64,000 bases of DNA. Source: the human T2T-CHM13v2.0 reference genome, Homo sapiens. The notes beneath the pieces were generated by a model. It had not been told where the DNA came from. It worked only from the letters and a program-made list of their open reading frames with translations, and searched no databases. The position numbers and the translations under genes were made by a program. How positions within the stretch are numbered: the stretch's first letter is position 1; each line of letters opens with the position of its first letter. The stretch is taken from the NCBI RefSeq assembly GCF_009914755.1, contig NC_060938.1. The stretch is one strand, 5' to 3'. Below, one piece after another: positions 31,511 through 46,500 of the stretch.

Positions 31511-32533
31511 TGTAAACATGTATGTCTTTTTGAACAAAATCATTATTATATAATACACACTGTAAAATACCTCACCCCTTCTTAGCAAGCTGCCCTGATT
31601 GTTAGTAAAACCTTTTAAAATATTTTACCCTATTTAAATACATACCCTAGGATACCCAGTTTGAAAGACAAACAGTCATTAGGGCCCTGAGGTTTACCTA
31701 AGTTGAAGGTTATATCTAGTCTTACACAATTCTTTGGATAACATTTCAAATTCGGATTATAAAAATGAGGAGTAGTAAAGATCCATCCAAAATATTGTGG
31801 AAACCCACCCCTTAAGAACCACTTAGCAGAAAATGTCAGTAAGCCTCAAGCTCCAGTGGTCTGACTGCCCACCCAACTCTTCTGTCCAGCAAGCTGCACA
31901 AAGTCAAAGATCCTTTATGAGCGTCTCCTCCTGTGTTTTTCTGAAACTCAAACTGTGAGCTACAGGTCAGGTTCTGGCCACTTCTCCAAGTCAGAGAAAA
32001 TGCTCTAGAAGTTTAAAAGGAGAGCAAACATCCATTTTCAAAAGAACTGAAACTTCCTCCCAACCCTCAGGACCTGGGCATTCAGTTGCAGTCCTGGCAT
32101 GCAGAGGAAAATGCCCTGTTGGAAACTATCAGAGAATCATCCTATGTGGAGCTTCTCATGGATACAAAAGCCAGAGCCTTACAACAGAAATACTTACACA
32201 GAGCCTCAGACAAACCTGTAATGACAGATGAATTTGTCTGTTAAGTGTTTCTCTTTACCTATTAAGTAACTTCAAGTCTTGCTTCTGAAATCATTAGGAA
32301 AATCTGCAGGAGACTGGAAAATTCCACCAGCTCATATCTGTCTAGACATACTGACTTCCCTAGAGCTGTGGTTTCTGCCCAGTGCTTATCATATAGAAGG
32401 TGAAGCATAAACATCTCACAGAATCCCTGGGCCTCAGATGAACCATGGCCCAGTAAAGTGGTACAACTTACCCAAGACAGAACCATGGCTACAAATCAGG
32501 CTTCCTGCTTCTGATTCAGTGTTTAGCAACTGA

Positions 32534-32899
<366 letters not shown>

Positions 32900-33417
32900 T
32901 AGAGGATGACAGCACAGGAAACCCTGCAGTTCTCAGTCCTAAATCTGCATGTGTCTGCTAAGCCATTGTATCAGGATGACTCAGTCCCAACTCAGGTGTG
33001 AAACAGCAGCACAATGCTTATTTTCTTTAAATCCTTCTGAATGCTCTACCACTGAGCAGTTAGCCTCATAGTTACTGGGCCTTCCTTCCCCTGTCCCCCC
33101 ACCCCATGATTAGGCCAAGTTCTTGGGAGATTCATGCACCACCCAAGCTTTCCAAATGCCCTTCTCATTATCAGTCCACACTGGTTTTCATCAAGATATG
33201 AGTATCTTTGACAAGGCTGGAAATCCTGATGCCTGGTGTCCAATCTCCCCAACCTGTCTGTGTCGGTCCTTCAGGATCTCTGGAGCAATGCCACAAAGCA
33301 TTGCTCCTGTTCCCATTATTCATTCATCAACCTGTCAACTGTCCACTGCCTCCCAGGCTGAGGCACCCCACCTCTCCAGCACTCTCTTCTCTCATCTCTG
33401 GGATTCCCAGCATCTTC

Positions 33418-33943
33418 TTTTTTGTTTTATTTTACTTTTAAGTTCTGGGGTACATGTGCAGAACATGCAGATTTGTTACACAAGTATACATGTGCCATGG
33501 TGGTTTGCTGCACCCATCAACCCATCATCTACATTAGGTGTTTCTCCTAATGCTCTCCCTCCTCTAGCCCCCCACCCTCCAATAGGCTCTGGTGTATGAT
33601 GTTCTCCTCCCTGTGTCCATGTGTTCTCATTTTTCATCTCCCAACTTATGAGTGAGAACATGCAGTGTTTGGTTTTCTGTTAGTGTTAGTTTGCTGAGAA
33701 TGATGGTTTCCAGCTTCATCCGTGTCCCTGCAAAGGACATGAACTCATCCCTTTTTATGGCTACATAGAATTCCATGGTGTATATGTGCCACATTTTCTT
33801 TATCTAGTCTATCATTGATGGGCATTTGGGTTGGTTCCAAGTCTTTGCTGTTGTGAATAGTGCCGCAATAAACATATGTATGCATGTGTCTTTATAGTAG
33901 AATGATTTATATTCCTTTGGGTATATACCCAGTAATGGGATTG
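33418..33943 (-). mobile_element. L1PA7/8-type 3' end, 5'-truncated
   Basis: aagttctggggtacatgtgcagaac...; TSD tcccagcatc(t/c)tcttt. Confidence 0.92.
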
Positions 33944-34751
33944 TCCCAGCATCCTCTTTTCAAGAAGCTTGGCAAATCAAGAAAAAAAAAAAAGAAGAGG
34001 CACTGACTTCAAGCAGCTTCTGCATTGTGGTCCTATAAGAATACCTCAGGCAGGAAATACTAGGGGTCTAGTTGTCTAGTTAGAATTCAAGAGAAGAATA
34101 AAATATTCAGCAAACAAAATTCAAGTGAGTATCTCAAAATATTTCTCTGCTGCACCAGTATAGGTCATGCTGCCTTCGGCTGCCTGGTACTATTATATTA
34201 AAATTTTTAAAATAATAATGGGACAGAGCTTTAGCAAGAAACCCAAGACAGCTTGACTTATAGTATTCATCCTTTGTGTATGGGTGTGAACACACATACC
34301 TAACTTTGAAACAATATTTGTGTTTATGCATATGTAAGATTTTTGAAAAATCTGTTCTCAGAGCACTTTAGGACCATTTCCCCAAGTAAGGGTAATATCG
34401 ATTTACTTATAAAATACTGTAAAAATACCAGCATCAACTCCATGCTGTTACTTTAAGTCTCACTCTGCATGGGTCACTTTAGGTCTCACCACAGAGGTAG
34501 TCAGTTGTGCTGGTCAGGAATATACACCCCAGTTTCAGTCAGCTACACATTCCATAAAAAAACTCTCCATTCCAGAAGTACCTACAAACCCTTTAGTAAT
34601 CCTTTTCTCATCAACATTAGACACTTTGTCAACAGTGAGTGTTCAAATCGGATTCTCTTTGGGGAAGTTAATGGTATTAAATACATGTGCAGTGGCTAAA
34701 ATATTTAGACACATTCCCAACCCTTAGATAAATAGGGCTTAAGAATCTGGA

Positions 34752-34934
34752 ACTGTGTTGTCCAAAGTGGTAGCCACTAGCCACATGTGGCTGTTGAGCA
34801 GTTGAAATGTAACAGTTACACATGTTAAAATAATATGTTGGATATACTAGTTTATAAAAATATATATTATTCACATTATATATGTTTGTAATTTTTTAAA
34901 TATGGTTCATATTTTATGTTTATTGGACAGCACT
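34752..34934. mobile_element. MER3/MER33-type hAT-Charlie MITE
   Basis: gtgttgtccaa...tagccactagccacatgtggctgttgagca...ttggacagcact inverted ends. Confidence 0.8.
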
Positions 34935-35779
34935 CATCTTATTACTCATGGGGATGGTGCCCTGGGTTTAATCCCTAAAAGGTCCTGGATTCCACCACCA
35001 GTTCAGTGGGTTCTAGGTCCCCAAATAGTTATCTGCCGTAGAGTTAAGTATATCTGGCACCAGAATAGTGTCTTCTTGTTTACCTCAGGCATCATGCAAT
35101 GTCGTAGGCACTGAGGCAAACAGAACAGTGGTCAAAATAAAATATCGGCCTTTGCAGAGCTTTCAGAAGAGGTGCTTTTGTGACAAGTTACTACAAAGTG
35201 GCCATATGACAAAATGTGATCAGAAAACTTGCTTTGGTTATAGCCTGGTAGTGAAGTTGCAAAGGAGGAGCTACACCTCACTTACTTTCATGCTGTTTTT
35301 AGACCAGGGGCTCTGGCCCTGGAGCCAGTGCCTAAGGCTCTTGTCTGGACTCTTCCAGCCATGCATGCTCCTTCCCCAAGACAATAATATGTACCAGAGC
35401 CTCTGTGGGGTTCCATGCAATGCTGCTGCAAGATGTTCAGAGAGATAATAGAATCTAGGGAAACAGAAGACGTATTATCAGTACCCAAAGCATCAGACAC
35501 CCCAAGCTGGTTTATAGCCAGGTGTAGACTATTGCCCTGTTGACTAATAGACACGGCTGCAGAATTGTAAATGGGCTGTATCTGTCTGCATTAAGCCTGG
35601 CTCTTCTCAGTGGGTTGGGACATGAAGGCCATACTTCAGTCTTTTCCATCATAGTAAAATAAAGGTGCAGCCAATTCCAAAGAGTTGTTTTAATATTACA
35701 TATATAAGCTGGGAGATTTACAGTGATCTATAGTGATATATAAATTATATTTATAATACATACGTATATTCCGTACCCT

Positions 35780-36201
35780 CTGGGAGATTCTTACAGTAAT
35801 GACCTCCAAGGAATTATGCCTCCTAGTACCCATGTCCTGAGTGGCCCCCTCCCACCTTAACTCTGGCTTTGGCCACGTGACTTCCTGTGGCCAATGGAGC
35901 ATCAGCAAATGTGACACAAGCAGAGGCTAGATAAATGCTTGGGTGCCGCAGCTTGCCCTCTTGCAACCCCGAGACCGCCATGCAGTAAAGAAGTCAGGAT
36001 TTTAGTGAAGAAAGGCCTAAATGCCTTAGCTGTCCCCAGAGCCCAGCCCCCAGCTGACCCACCAGTTGAATGCAACTACATAAGAAAGCCCAGGTAAGAG
36101 CAGGAGCAGAACTTCCAGGAATAGTGAGAAATAATACATGTTAGTGTTTGAAACCACTAGATTTGGGAGTGGTTCGTTATGCAGCAATAGCAATCTAATA
36201 C
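35780..36201 (+). mobile_element. MLT1 (G/H-like) LTR
   Basis: ttggccacgtgacttcctgtggccaatgg...ttatgcagcaatagcaatctaatac. Confidence 0.78.
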
Positions 36202-36910
36202 CATCACCCAGTTAGGCAGAGATATGCACTCTGCCCTCAAAGGCCTATATTTTTCCCTGTATCCCGTAAGTACTGGCATAGCAAGTGATGAGGTTAGCAT
36301 TAAGCATTTGTTAACAAAAATGTTGCATCTGAAAATCTAGATTTTAATATAAATCAAGGTTGATTATCTGCCTTATTTAAAGATAGTCCTCTTTTAATAC
36401 TGAAAACGTAATTCTAAATGTAAAGCATTTGATTTGTAGACTAGTTTTCATGAGAACACATTTACTGAGTGAGGTAGCCATGAGCAGTCCACAGCCTATA
36501 TGAACTGCTAACCAATGTATGAAGATTGTCAAATTCTAGGGTTATTTTAAATTTGGCTAGCTATGAGAAATAAAAAGGCTTATTTCCTGAAAATCTTATA
36601 AAAACCATTCAAATCGATTTAATGTTTAGTCGTAAAAGAGGTGATCTACACTTTACTTAGGAAAGCAAGACCTCGATGTACAAACCTGTTAGAAAACTTT
36701 AAGGATATATACATAAATGAGGTCACAATACTTAAAGATACAGTCCCACATGCCATAATATGAATGTCAAAATCCTGAAAGATAAAAATCCCTAAGGTCT
36801 AAAATTCCAAAATCACAATCCTGAAAGTTCAAAATCTCAAAAAGATAATTCTAAAATAACAATTTTTAGAAATGTTAAAACATTTATTTATATTTTTAAA
36901 AGAGGATTTA

Positions 36911-37217
36911 GGCCAGGTGTAGTGGCTTACGTCTGTAATACCAACACCACAAGAGGCCAAGGTGGGAGGATAACTAAAAGGCCAACAGTTCAAGGCCAGC
37001 CTGAGAACGCAGCAAGACCCCACCTCTACAAAAAATGTTTGAAAAAAATAGACAGGCATGGTGGCAAGTACACCTGTAATCCAAGTTACTCAGGAGCCTG
37101 AAGCAGGAGGATTGCTTGAGCCCAGAAGTTTGAGGTTACACTGAGCTATAATCATGCCACTGCACTCCAGCCTGGGCAACAAAGTGAGATCCTGTCTATT
37201 AATAAAAAAAAAAAAAA
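36911..37217 (+). mobile_element. AluJ
   Basis: ggaggattgcttgagcccagaagtttgagg. Confidence 0.9.
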
Positions 37218-37528
<311 letters not shown>

Positions 37529-38259
37529 TTAAGAAACATACCAAACACAACAGAACACTTCATAGACTACTTTACACAATAGTCCAGGCAATAGGCAATA
37601 ATAACACACATTTTTTAAAGCATAAGCACTCAGGTACACTAACAATGTTCCCACTGGTATGATAGTTATCAGCAGATGAACCATATCATAAAGAAATAGG
37701 TCAAAAAAGAAAAATGGGTAAATTGACAACTATGGTTGGTAATTATGCACACCTGTCTTTATAACCACAGTCATCTGAAATATTGTGACAGACATCCTAA
37801 TTCTTTTGAGGAGATCGATCAATAATCACAATGGGTCACCACTGCATTTGTAGAAGCCTAAAGAGCTGAGATCGAGAAATTTTATCTTTCACAAATGTAG
37901 ATGTACAAAAAGGACATGTATTTACTGAAGAAGTCTCAATGTTTTTATGTACATGCACAAAGCTTACATACAAAGTCAATGTTGTGATAACGCACTTTTG
38001 TGGAATCAAATTTGCAAAAAAAAAAAAAAAAGTATAAAACAAATCAGAATGCTCTAAAAGTCTTTACATAATTTATATCTCCAGCACTGGAAATGGTGCA
38101 AAGATGAAATACATGGCATAGCAAATTGGCACTATATGTGAAGGGGCAGAAGTCATACATGATTAATCTGGCAGGGGAGATTTCGTTTCTCTTTTGCCTG
38201 CATTTTCACTCCCATGATCTTCAAAACACTTATTACACTTGTATTTAAAGAGTGGTTGT

Positions 38260-39381
<1,122 letters not shown>

Positions 39382-39438
39382 TGTGTTGTAAGGAATGCAC
39401 TAAGAAGAAATTATATTTAGCTTCCCCAGTACCAACTC

Positions 39439-39967
39439 TGTATTAATCAGGGTTCTCCAGAGAGATAGAACCAATAAGTTATGTATATAGATATATGAGA
39501 GGAAATTTGTTAGGGAACCTAACTCACACTATTTTGGTGGCTGAAGTCCCAAGACAGGACATCTGGCGACCCTGGGGTGCTAATAGTGTGGCTCAGTCCA
39601 AGTCCAAAGGCCTCAGAGCCAGTGAAGCTTATGGTATAACTCTCAGTACAAGACTAAAATTCTTAAAATCCAGGAGGCCACTAGTGTTAAGTCCTGTAGT
39701 ACTGATGACCAAAGGGAGCAGAAGAAAAGTCTGTCCCTGCTCTCAGAGAAAGGCCAATTTGCCTCCTGTATTTGTTATCTTTAGACCCCTGGCTGACTGG
39801 GTGGTACTCACCAACACTGAGGGCTGATATTCCGTATATTGTCCACCCAGACTAACACACTCATCTCTTCCTGGAAACATTCTCACAGACACACCCAAAA
39901 TAATGCTTTACCAGGTTTCTAGGTATTCCTTAATCCAGTCAAGTTAACACCTAAAATCAAGTTCATA
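39439..39967 (-). mobile_element. MLT2 (ERVL) LTR, with ERVL 3' internal fragment 39968-40078
   Basis: tgtattaatcagggttctccagagagatagaaccaata...ccttaatccagtcaagttaacacctaaaat. Confidence 0.88.
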
Positions 39968-41471
39968 ATTCTACCCTTTGTCAACTTGGCATTCATATGC
40001 ACCTCCTTAAAACATGTTTACTTTCCAAATAAAGACAATAGCAAGGTAATAGTTTCATCTAACATGATGCAACTAACATTACCTCCCACTAGGTCCCTCC
40101 CACAACACGTGGGAATTCAAGATAAGATTTGGGTGAGGACACAGCCAAATCATCATTCCACCCCTGGCCCCTCCCAAATCTCATGTCTTCACATTTCAAA
40201 ACCAATCATGCCTTCCCAACAGTCCCCCAAAGTCTTAATTCATTTTAGCATTAACTCAAAAGTCCATAGTCCGAAGTTTCATCTAAGGCAAGTCCCTTCT
40301 GCCTATGAGCCTGTAAAATCAAAAACAAGCTAGCTACTTTCTAGATTCAATGGGGGTACAGGCATGGGGTAAATACAGCCATTCCAAATGGGACAAATTA
40401 TCCAAAACAAAGGGGCTACAGGCTCCATGCAAGTCCAAAATCCAGTGGGGTAGTCAAACCTTAAAGTTCCAAAATGATCTCCTTTGACTCCATGTCTCAC
40501 ACCCAGGTCACACTGATGCAAGAGGTGGGTTCCCATGGTCTTAGGCAGCTCCACCCCTATGGCTTTGCAGGGTACAGCCTCCCTCCCAGCTGCTTTCATG
40601 GGTTTGCGTTAAATGTCTGTAGCTTTTCCAGGTGCATAGTGCAAGTTGTCAGTGGATCTACCATTCTGGGATCTGGAGGGTGGTGGCCCTCTTCTCACAG
40701 CTCTACTAGGTGGTGCCCCAGTAGGGACTCTGTGTGGAGGCTCCGACCCCAGATTTCCCTTCTGCACTGTCCCAGCAGAGGTTCTGCGTGAGAACCCATC
40801 CCTGCAGCAAACTTTTCCCTGGACATCCAAGCATTTCCATATATCCTCTGAAATCTAGGTGGAGATTCCCAAACCTCAGTTCTTGACTTCTGTGCACCCA
40901 CAGACTCAACACCATGTGGAAGCTGCCAAGGCTTGGGCTTGTATCCTCTGAAGCCATGGCTCGAGCTGTACTTTGTCTCCTTTTAGTCACAGCTGAAGTG
41001 GCTGAGAGGCAGGGCACCAAGTCCCTAGACTGCACACAGCACAGGGACCCTGGGCCCAGCCCACAAAACCAATTTTTTCCTCCTAGACCTCCAGGCCTGT
41101 GATGGGAGGATCTGCCATGAAGACATCTGACATGCCCTGGAGACATTTTCCCAATTGTCTTGGGGATTAACATTCAGTTCCTCATTACTTATGCAAATTT
41201 CTGCAGCTGGCTTGAATTTCTCCTCAGAAAATGGGATTTTCTTTTCTATTGCATTGTCAGGCTGCAAACTTTCTGAACTTTTATGTTCTGCTTCCCTTAT
41301 AAAACTGAATGCCTGGCTGCTCTATGGAGCAGCCATTCTCTTATTCCTTTACATTCTTAATAAACTTGCTTTCACTTTGCACTGCATACTTACCTTGAAT
41401 TCTTTCTTGCATGAGATCCAAGAACCCTCTCTTGGGGTCTGGATTGGGACCCCTGTCCTGTAACATATTTC

Positions 41472-41490
41472 TGGTGACCACAGAAGGGAC
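41472..41490 (+). promoter_or_regulatory. primer binding site, tRNA-Arg(TCG)-like
   Basis: tggtgaccacagaagggac versus TGGCGACCACGAAGGGAC, a few nt after the LTR end. Confidence 0.7.
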
Positions 41491-43174
41491 TATAGTGCAG
41501 AAACCCTGACCCAACGGCTACCTTTGGGTAAGTATTGAGGTCCTGTAACATATTTCTGGCAGACTACAGAAGGGACAATACTGAAGAGACCCACGACCCA
41601 AAGGAAAATCACCTGCACACCCCAATTGGCTGACTGGGTAAGTGGGGTGTCTATACCCGAGTAAAGAATGGGATTGGGTTAGAGGCCCAACTTAGGAGAA
41701 TTAGAGTCTTTCTTAAGACAGAGTGGGTTAGAGGCCCCTCTTAATAAAAGGCAAGGACGCTTGACCAAACTTCAGTTAGAGGCCTGACTTAGGAGGGTTA
41801 GAGTCCCTTCTAAGATTTAGGGGGTTAGAAGCCCCTCTGGGTAAATTCACTTTAAGAACAGGTTTGGCACTACAGAGTGTTAACTGCTATTCTCTTTGGA
41901 TTAATCTGCCTTGTACTCTTTGCTGATGGCTGTGGGCGACAGGGTTAGGCATATATACCATCATGGGACATAGGAGCTTTTTCCTTCCTAAAAAGGGAAA
42001 CTTGAGAGCTGACTGCACTGCTGGAAAAAATCCCTTCAGGACAGCAGCCACAGCTGCCTGAACTTTTCAGTGTTGCTGCAATGGGTGAGTCTTTCTCTGG
42101 CCTCCCTGATCATGTCGCCTTCCCCACCCTGCCACAAGCAATGCTTTCCTTCTCTACTTTTCCTTTATCCTTCTTATCTTTTCTATTACTCAGGGCCATC
42201 ATCTTGCCCAGAGACCTCCATCCAAGTCGGAGGATGGATTAAAGACAATGGGGCCCATCTGGGGGCAAATTTAAGCCTTGCCAGTTTGATATTGGGTGCT
42301 AAACAGAGTGGCTAATGTCTACGTTTTATCACACGTATTTCGCTCTAGCCAGAACGAAAAAAATAATAATAATTTTCCTTTATGATGTGGCTTGGCTCCA
42401 AGGGCGATGGTGCCGCAATCCAGATCACTAGGACTACTCAGGGAAAGGGAACCCAGAAGCCTGGTATGCTGGCAAAAGGGTGATAATTTCTTACAGTCAG
42501 ATCTCTGGCTTCTCTCTCTGTGCAAATGGTTGAATGAATGGTAAATAAATACATAAATCAGTGTTTATCTCCTCTGTAAAGTGTTAATGTGAACAAGAAT
42601 TCTAAGGCTAATCTTAAGCTGGTTTATTTTGTGCTATGAATTCATTTTTCCATGTCGAGGGGTACTTCAGGATAAAACATGGCTTAGAACACCTGTAAGC
42701 CTGCTTTTCAAGATGACGCAGGAAGCTGGTTAGTAACAAACTTGGCTGCAAGTCCCTGAAACAAACAAAAAACTGGATGAAATCTCCATCTTGTTTTATG
42801 TCCTTGAGAGCCTGACCTTTTAACTACGTGGTGGTACTTTTTGGTCTCTGACTTCAGGGAACAGGAATGTTGGGGTTCATGTTATGGTTAGCTCTAAAAA
42901 TCATATTAAGTAGTTAAAAGCCTTTGCAAACTCAAAGTTAACTACTCTAGACTTCTTCTGGGAAAGAAAATGGAGATGGCCCCATTCTGTAGCTCAGTAG
43001 TCAGGGTTTTTCCACTTTCACAGTGACAGTCCAGGTTCAATTCTCCACCTAGGAAGTAAGTCATTTCTGGTTTGATATCTTTGTGACACTCTCTATTCTC
43101 TTCTCCATGGACTGTCTTAAATCTTCTTTTCTCTAAGCACTTAGGAGGTTACCTTTGGTAACGTTCAGAAGCTA

Positions 43175-43562
<388 letters not shown>

Positions 43563-46500
43563 TTAAAGAGCACTGTGGTTAGAAGTCAGCTTAATTAAAA
43601 GTGGATAAACAAGCTATAAATATATTTAAAAGGCCTGTATGTTTTTCTCTTCTTGGAACTTGTTTTTCTGGAAAAAGGCTTTTTCTTCTCAGTCGACTGT
43701 ATTATTTTTCTCCTTTTTTTTTTTTGTCTTGCCACTCTTAGTGCACACATGAGAGGCCCTAACGTAATGTCTAGTAGCCTGGGACTCTTTGGGAAAAACA
43801 GAGGAGGTGACACAGATCCCATTATGGGAAGAAAAAAAAACAAAAAAACTCTGTTTTCCTCCTGAAACCCCAGGAATTAAAAGCAAATAGATCCCTCTCA
43901 AAGTCTCTGTTCTGTTTTGTATTGTGTTATCTAACAGTTTTAAGGGTATCAAAAATCATTTCACATTATGAGAGAGCTTTGGTGTGTAATAACTAGGTAG
44001 GAAACATACTTTAAGGGATGGCTAATAGTACTTATGGAGGGATACTTGGTTCTTTGCACACTTGCATCAGAGAAGCATGCTCTTGGCCACCTGGAAGTTT
44101 AGGAAACATCCCCACCCCCAATTGGCAGATGAGACTCCATGAGGGATGGGCTGATTACCAAATGGGCTGATTGGCTGATTTCCCTTATAATGAAATGCAG
44201 AGTAGAAGCACTACACTGTCTTCTCCCGTAGTATTTCCCTCCTTTTGGGAATCCAGGAACCAGTATAAAATGGCAACCTTAATTTTGGGGATCTGTCTTT
44301 GCCTTCAGCTGCTTATTTGCTGTTTATTGGACCCTAAAAACGCATGCTTTCCTGGCCCTGTTTCTCCAATGGCTCCACCCTGAAGCCAGTAATCCAAGAA
44401 GCTGGCAAATGAAAAACCCTACAAGTGCTGAATCTTCTGTGTATTTATATGTGTTTTATGTTTATATATAAAAGAGCTCTAATTGGCTTAGAAAAATAAG
44501 TGCTTAAATCAAATATTTTGTCAGAAAAATAGAAACTAATGCCTTTTTGTTCACGTAACTTTAGTAATCTTTTGGAAATAAAAAGTTTTAAAGATTATTG
44601 GTAAAATAAAATGCCTTGAAAATGTAGACATTTGGTTGAAATTAATGTCAGATATCAGATTTGCTAAATGCTTTAAGGTCAAACTGTTTCTTTGACTTTT
44701 GAAAATTGTTCAATTTATCTACCTTAAAGCCATTAGATTCTTGATAAGCCTGGGGACATGTAGAGTTAGCCACGCCCCCTAGCTATGCTGGAGAGTCCCT
44801 CGTTATCTCCACTTCTGCCTGGTGTGTCCTAGACTAGGCATCACACCTAGTGCATAATTAAAATCCCTTACTTACCAAGGTTTTCACCAAAAATAAAAGT
44901 TGCTAAGAGTTAACATTATAATACATAATTTAAACTACTAAAGAAATGATTTCACATGCAAGGTGTGTAAAAAAGTAAAATGTGTTTTTGGTGAAAGATT
45001 ATAAGAAGTCATTGGAATGTGGATTTTTTTCTGCCTAAAGTGTTAAAGGATTGTTTTAAATAAGAAAAAAATCTAAAAGTTTAAACAAGTTGCGGAAGGT
45101 TTATAAAAATTAATTGTAAGAGATTCTGTGTGTGAACATATTGGCTAAAGTTAAGGGGTATTATTCAGTTTTTCCATAAATTAAACATGGGAATAGAAGC
45201 ACAACAGGTTTTTCTTAGAGCACTAATCTGCTCTTTCACACACACAAAGAAAAAATGTAAAGGGTTATAAAAGGCTTATAAGAATCTTACCTTGTGGTTA
45301 AACATTAAAATTGGGTAAATGTGTCTATAATATTTTATTAGAAATTCAGTTTAACATTGATAGCACATTAATGTAAATGTGAAATTTGGCTTATTTGGTA
45401 TAAAATTTATACAGAGAACCTTATCAAACGTGAAATAGTGCTTTGCTTTCTTTGGACTATATTTGCATAAATGTGTTATTGGTTTATGTTCCAAAGTTAT
45501 GAGAAACTCCTCTAATTCTAATATGACTTAGTGTATGTTAATAATTATAATTGTTATGTAAAATTTTGTGTGCCACAGAAATAACCAAATTTCCTTATCA
45601 ACTGCAGCTTTAATAGTGGCTGTCCTAAAACTTTTTATTTTCTACAGACAATTGTTGTCTTGTTTTAATCCTCTTTAGAAGGTGGTTTATAATCAACTAT
45701 AGAACTCTAGCAGGTGTTCTTAAACACAGGTTTCTAATAATTTTGGAAGTTATAACATTAGAACAGAGGAAACAACTTTCAGAACTCTCATAAGAGCTGG
45801 AATGTTCATGAATATTAACTAGAATAGGAGTCAACTGAATTAACTGAACCAATAGAATACTGAAGTAATCTTTTTAACTTTGCTTAAAACACTGCTAATT
45901 CTTTGTTTTGTTTTTCAGAGTCAAAGAAACTTTTGAGTGATTCGCAGCTTGTAGCAATTGAGTAAAGTATACTGCTGTGAACAAAATTTGGAACATATTT
46001 GTTTCTACCTGATTTCTCCAGAATTTGGAAACTACTTGTGAGTATTCTTAACTTATGGCAATATAGTTATTTGCATAGGTGCAATAAGAATCTGTTTTCT
46101 TTTGTAACAGGACACAATTAGAGAAATTGGTTATTTTACCAAGGCTTTGACTGGAATGGTGTGCTTTCTTTTAAGGAATCAAACTTGACTTGTAGAGCCA
46201 ATAAAAGCCCTTTGGGGAACAGGCCTCATACCTTGCCTACAGTCCCTGTACTTACCTATGGTAAGTAAAGAATGTCACTTTCTCACAGGTCCAGGAGCCC
46301 CAAGTTATCTTGGGACCTCAAAAGGAGAGGAATTTACCCAATTCATAGGTATTTGAGGGTACAAACCCATGGCAGGGCTTGGCTTTAAAAAAAAATCTTA
46401 TCTAAGATTCCTTCTGTGGAACAGGGTTCCATCGAAGCCAATTTTAAAAAAGCCTATGTGAAAAATAGTTATTCTTGCTGCACTTTATACAAATAATCAG

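Noticed and set aside
40330-41463. Cluster of overlapping 60-155-aa ORFs
   Set aside because: Fragments of decayed THE1 internal sequence
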